DNA of 63,317 nucleotides, filler included, from Pigoraptor vietnamica (lineage: Eukaryota), in NCBI GenBank assembly GCA_943704525.1. It is 9 parts of 9 records of this genome, joined end to end, with 100 filler letters (N's around TTAATTAATTAA, not from the genome) between each part and the next. Parts side by side here need not be neighbours in the genome. Positions count along the whole stretch, not along the records: positions 57,740 to 59,879 come from CALSCQ010003164.1; positions 59,980 to 62,184 come from CALSCQ010003166.1; positions 62,285 to 63,317 come from CALSCQ010003270.1; 6 more parts are not named here. One strand, 5' to 3'. The position numbers were made by a program, and so were the translations under genes. A model generated the notes under the pieces. That model was not told the origin of the DNA and ran no database searches. It saw only the letters and a program-made list of their open reading frames with translations. Positions 59,727 through 63,317 of the stretch are shown here, piece by piece; the first letter of the stretch is position 1, and each line of letters begins with the position of its first letter.

Positions 59727-62047
59727 CTGCAACGGGCGGGGTAAAATAAGCATCGCCCACTCACGGATGGTTGCGCGGGTGACAGATACTTGCTTCGGGC
59801 CAGCAATTGAACGCGCGAACGAAAAAAAACAAATGGGGCAGATGCAGCAAGCACCGAGAGTACAGGGTGGGGGATGGGGNNNNNNNNNNNNNNNNNNNNN
59901 NNNNNNNNNNNNNNNNNNNNNNNTTAATTAATTAANNNNNNNNNNNNNNNNNNNNNNNNNNNNNNNNNNNNNNNNNNNNACATCAAATAGGCTATAATAG
60001 GGATCGGAACACCACTGTAGGCGCCACAAAATACGCACACGCGCACGCCGCGATGACGGCTACGAGTCCGCTGCGAGAATAAGGCAGCCGGCCACCAGCA
60101 GAGCCACAAAGCACACACTGCTCAGCAATGGAAGACACGACAGGCAGCTACTACTGCACGTGAACATACCACCGAAATATAACTGAAACACTCAGATGAT
60201 CATGACTGGACGCATGCAAGCAACAGCCGACAGTGGGTACACATAGAAGTACATGCAGCAGCACACAAGCACATACAGTAAGTGATAAACTATTCACGGA
60301 AACGTACGACACCGACATTACACACAGCAACTTTGACGGACCGTCTGCCAGTGACAGAATGATCACATGTACATCACGCACCACTGACCTGATGTGCTGA
60401 CAGACTGCAGTGTCCCTCTTGTCACAAGGTCAAACGAGCTAAAACGAGACGAAAACATGCTCACTCACTCACATGCGCCTTGATAGATCGGCTGTTCTGC
60501 GCGGAGAACAAACGGCAGGCCCGAGTCAGAGTCAGGCAGCACATCACTGATTGTGAGCTGAGTGAGCTGATGAAAACGTCGTATTATAGGCATGCAGACG
60601 TCACAGCGACACTGCATGCACAAGTATACCAACTTCCTCAGTCACGTCATGGAACGGAAAGGCTGTAGGAAGTTCAAACGCCGCGAAGATGTGAGAGAGT
60701 TAGTGAAGCACGGTACATCCGGACAGATTGCACATTAAAAGGCGTTGCACGGCAAAAACGAAAACATATTCTGAGACACATTCACGAGCACACCACGCAA
60801 ATGACACTTCGCAGTCTCACGAAGATAATGGAAACTTTAGGAGCGTAAAAGGAGTCAGCGAAATCAGAGATGAGAGTGCCGGGGTTGAACAACTTTGAGG
60901 GGAAAAAGGGCGCCAAGAATTTGTGTGACAAATCAGAATTTATTAATTTATTAATGTATGAAATTTGTATGGAGATTTCACACAAAATTTTATTCGGAAA
61001 ATTTGATGTGTTACGCGGTCACGTGGTATGTAACACGCACTTAGCGCACGTCGCACAAGCTCTCTTTCCACGGCAAGTGGGGTGAGTTTAACACGGCACT
61101 GGTTTGCAAGAGCGCAGGTATGTTTTATCGTTTGTAGGGAGACTGGGCAGTGGAGTTCTAGTTTCATCCTGGGTACTCCATCGGCTGCCCAGCCGGCCGG
61201 CCACTGTGTGACGTGACGCGTACGCATCACACGGGCGCCGATGCATCGGCGTCTCGTTGAACTGAACGATGTGATCTTCATGACTGGAAAGTACTCAGTA
61301 GTGGGGTTTGAAGTTGCGAGCTCAAACATGGTGTGCTTCCCTTCTTTCAGGCCAACCTTCAGCTTCCCTTCTTTTGTGCTTCAGTCTTCTCCACGGCAGG
61401 ATGCGTCGTGAGATTTAGTCGGCCGCCGCCAGCCCAGCACGGCGTATCAGTTTCGGCCGGCGACGTCGACAGGTACGTCACTAAGACTCTGCTGCGGTAC
61501 GTATATCTGTTATGTATGGTTTTTGTTAAAGTTCGGTACAGTAACGTGTCTATCGATCGGGATTCTGATGCCGTGTTTATGCGCCTGCGTCGTGCACGTG
61601 TGCTGTATACGTTTGTAGTGTGCAGTGCCGGTACCGGTACATGCATTTGTGCGCAGTTCAGTCAGTGTGCATGTCCGTCGGCTCAGTTGTCAAGGCGGTG
61701 TTGGAGAGATCACGATCAATGGTGAAAATCGGGATGCGCGTGCGTATGCATGTGTGTGTGTGTGTGTGTGTGTGCCGTGTGTGTGTGCCGTGTGTGTGTG
61801 TGTGTGTGTGTATGTGCCGGTGTGCGTGTGTGCGTGCGTGTGTGCGTACGTGTGTGTGCGTGTGCGTATGCATGTGTGTAGTGTGCGTGTGCGTGTGCGT
61901 GTGCGTATGCATGTGTGTAGTGTGCGTGTGTGTGTGCACGGCGCGTGGATAGTGTCGCAGTGTGTGCCACTGACAACGCACGTCCGTGCTTCAGTTGTGT
62001 GCTGTGCGCATATGTGTGACGGGGTGGGGTGTGCAGTGCATGAGTGA

Positions 62048-62184
<137 letters not shown>

Positions 62185-62406
62185 NNNNNNNNNNNNNNNN
62201 NNNNNNNNNNNNNNNNNNNNNNNNNNNNTTAATTAATTAANNNNNNNNNNNNNNNNNNNNNNNNNNNNNNNNNNNNNNNNNNNNCTCAATCTTTTTTTTT
62301 CTTTTTTTTTTCCCTTCAATTTCTTCTTCACTAGCTTTCATTGCAATAATGCCCCTGTGTGCGGAGGTACCCATCCAATGCATCTCCCTGACACCCCCGC
62401 TCGCAG

Positions 62407-63102
62407 TCTTCTCGCGAGCAATGCAATACAGCCCGACCTCGCTGTCGACACCTTTGGCTACCTCCCGAGTCTCTCAGTACTGTGGGTTGGGCTGAGGCGT
62501 GTCATTGCTTCTATCTGATGACTGATGTGCCTAGAAATACCTCTTTCGCAGTCCTTTGCCCGTGGTAATGTAACACACGCACACACACAACTCGGCATGC
62601 ACGCTCACACACACACCTGCCATATGCATGCATATTCTTAATGCAACACGCACACACACAACTCGGCATGCACGCTCACACACACCTGCCATATGCACAC
62701 ATGCCCTTTTGGCAGCAAGGCTGACCGCCCGTCGTCTGCAGGACTCTTGGGGTGAACAGGCTCAGCTCGCTTCCCCTTGGCATCTTCGACGGACTGCCTT
62801 CGCTCTATTATCTGTGGGTGCTTAGCGGTCCGTTGTGGATCAAACCCCGTCCTTATTTGCTTTCCAGTCGCGCGAACATTGCGTGTGCCATGACTCGCTC
62901 ACTATGGGCACTCTTGCGTGCCCTAACTTTACGCGAGCTTGAAGCCATTACATGCCGACCCACAGGCGTTGATTTCTGCATCCGAATAGCTCGAAAGGTG
63001 TTGCACATTATGACCTGCTACTGCATGCAGCGACCTCTCGCACAACTTGCTCACTACGCTGCCTCTGGGTCTACTTGACAAGACGACGAAGCTGCGATAT
63101 AT
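62407..63102 (+). CDS. Leucine-rich-repeat protein fragment, one repeat per exon
   Basis: Phase-2 exons 62407-62481 (75 nt, LLASNAIQPDL..DTF..LPSLSVL), 62742-62813 (72 nt, TLGVNRLSSLPLGIFDGLPSLYYL) and 63031-63102 (72 nt, DLSHNLLTTLPLGLLDKTTKLRY). Confidence 0.88.
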
Positions 63103-63158
63103 GTGAGTTTTGGCAATTGTTTGATGTTGCTCTATTTTCGTCAATTGTGTGTGTGTGT

Positions 63159-63301
<143 letters not shown>

Positions 63302-63317
63302 TGTGTGTGTGTGTGTG

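Overview
This window is not prokaryotic. It holds nine GC-rich, intron-containing eukaryotic contigs joined by artificial N-TTAATTAATTAA-N linkers, so adjacency across linkers has no biological meaning. The shared intron style (GT-AG, (TG)n/(CA)n-filled, CTGAC/CTCAC branch sites) suggests one genome; a flagellated unicellular eukaryote, possibly opisthokont/obazoan, is my inference. Hand-spliced gene models: a complete CHASE-domain hybrid histidine kinase, a TSP1 single-pass membrane protein, a complete 4273-aa DNAH6/DNAH14-type axonemal dynein heavy chain, eEF3, a divergent HSF-domain protein, two tandem SPFH genes, a secreted protein with a receptor-L-like domain, MRPS25, PIG-V, CHMP2A/Vps2, a triple 'half-LIM' protein, an LRR-EGF receptor built from symmetric exons, a CBM-Ig-GH9 glycoside hydrolase, the last exon of cardiolipin synthase, and more LRR exons. 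The most notable item, invisible in the ORF track because it is split into six short exons, is a homologue of the sperm calcium-channel auxiliary subunit CatSper-gamma. A phage lambda gene J fragment is best explained as a 500-bp DNA-ladder contaminant. All family assignments are by motif recognition from memory, not database search.
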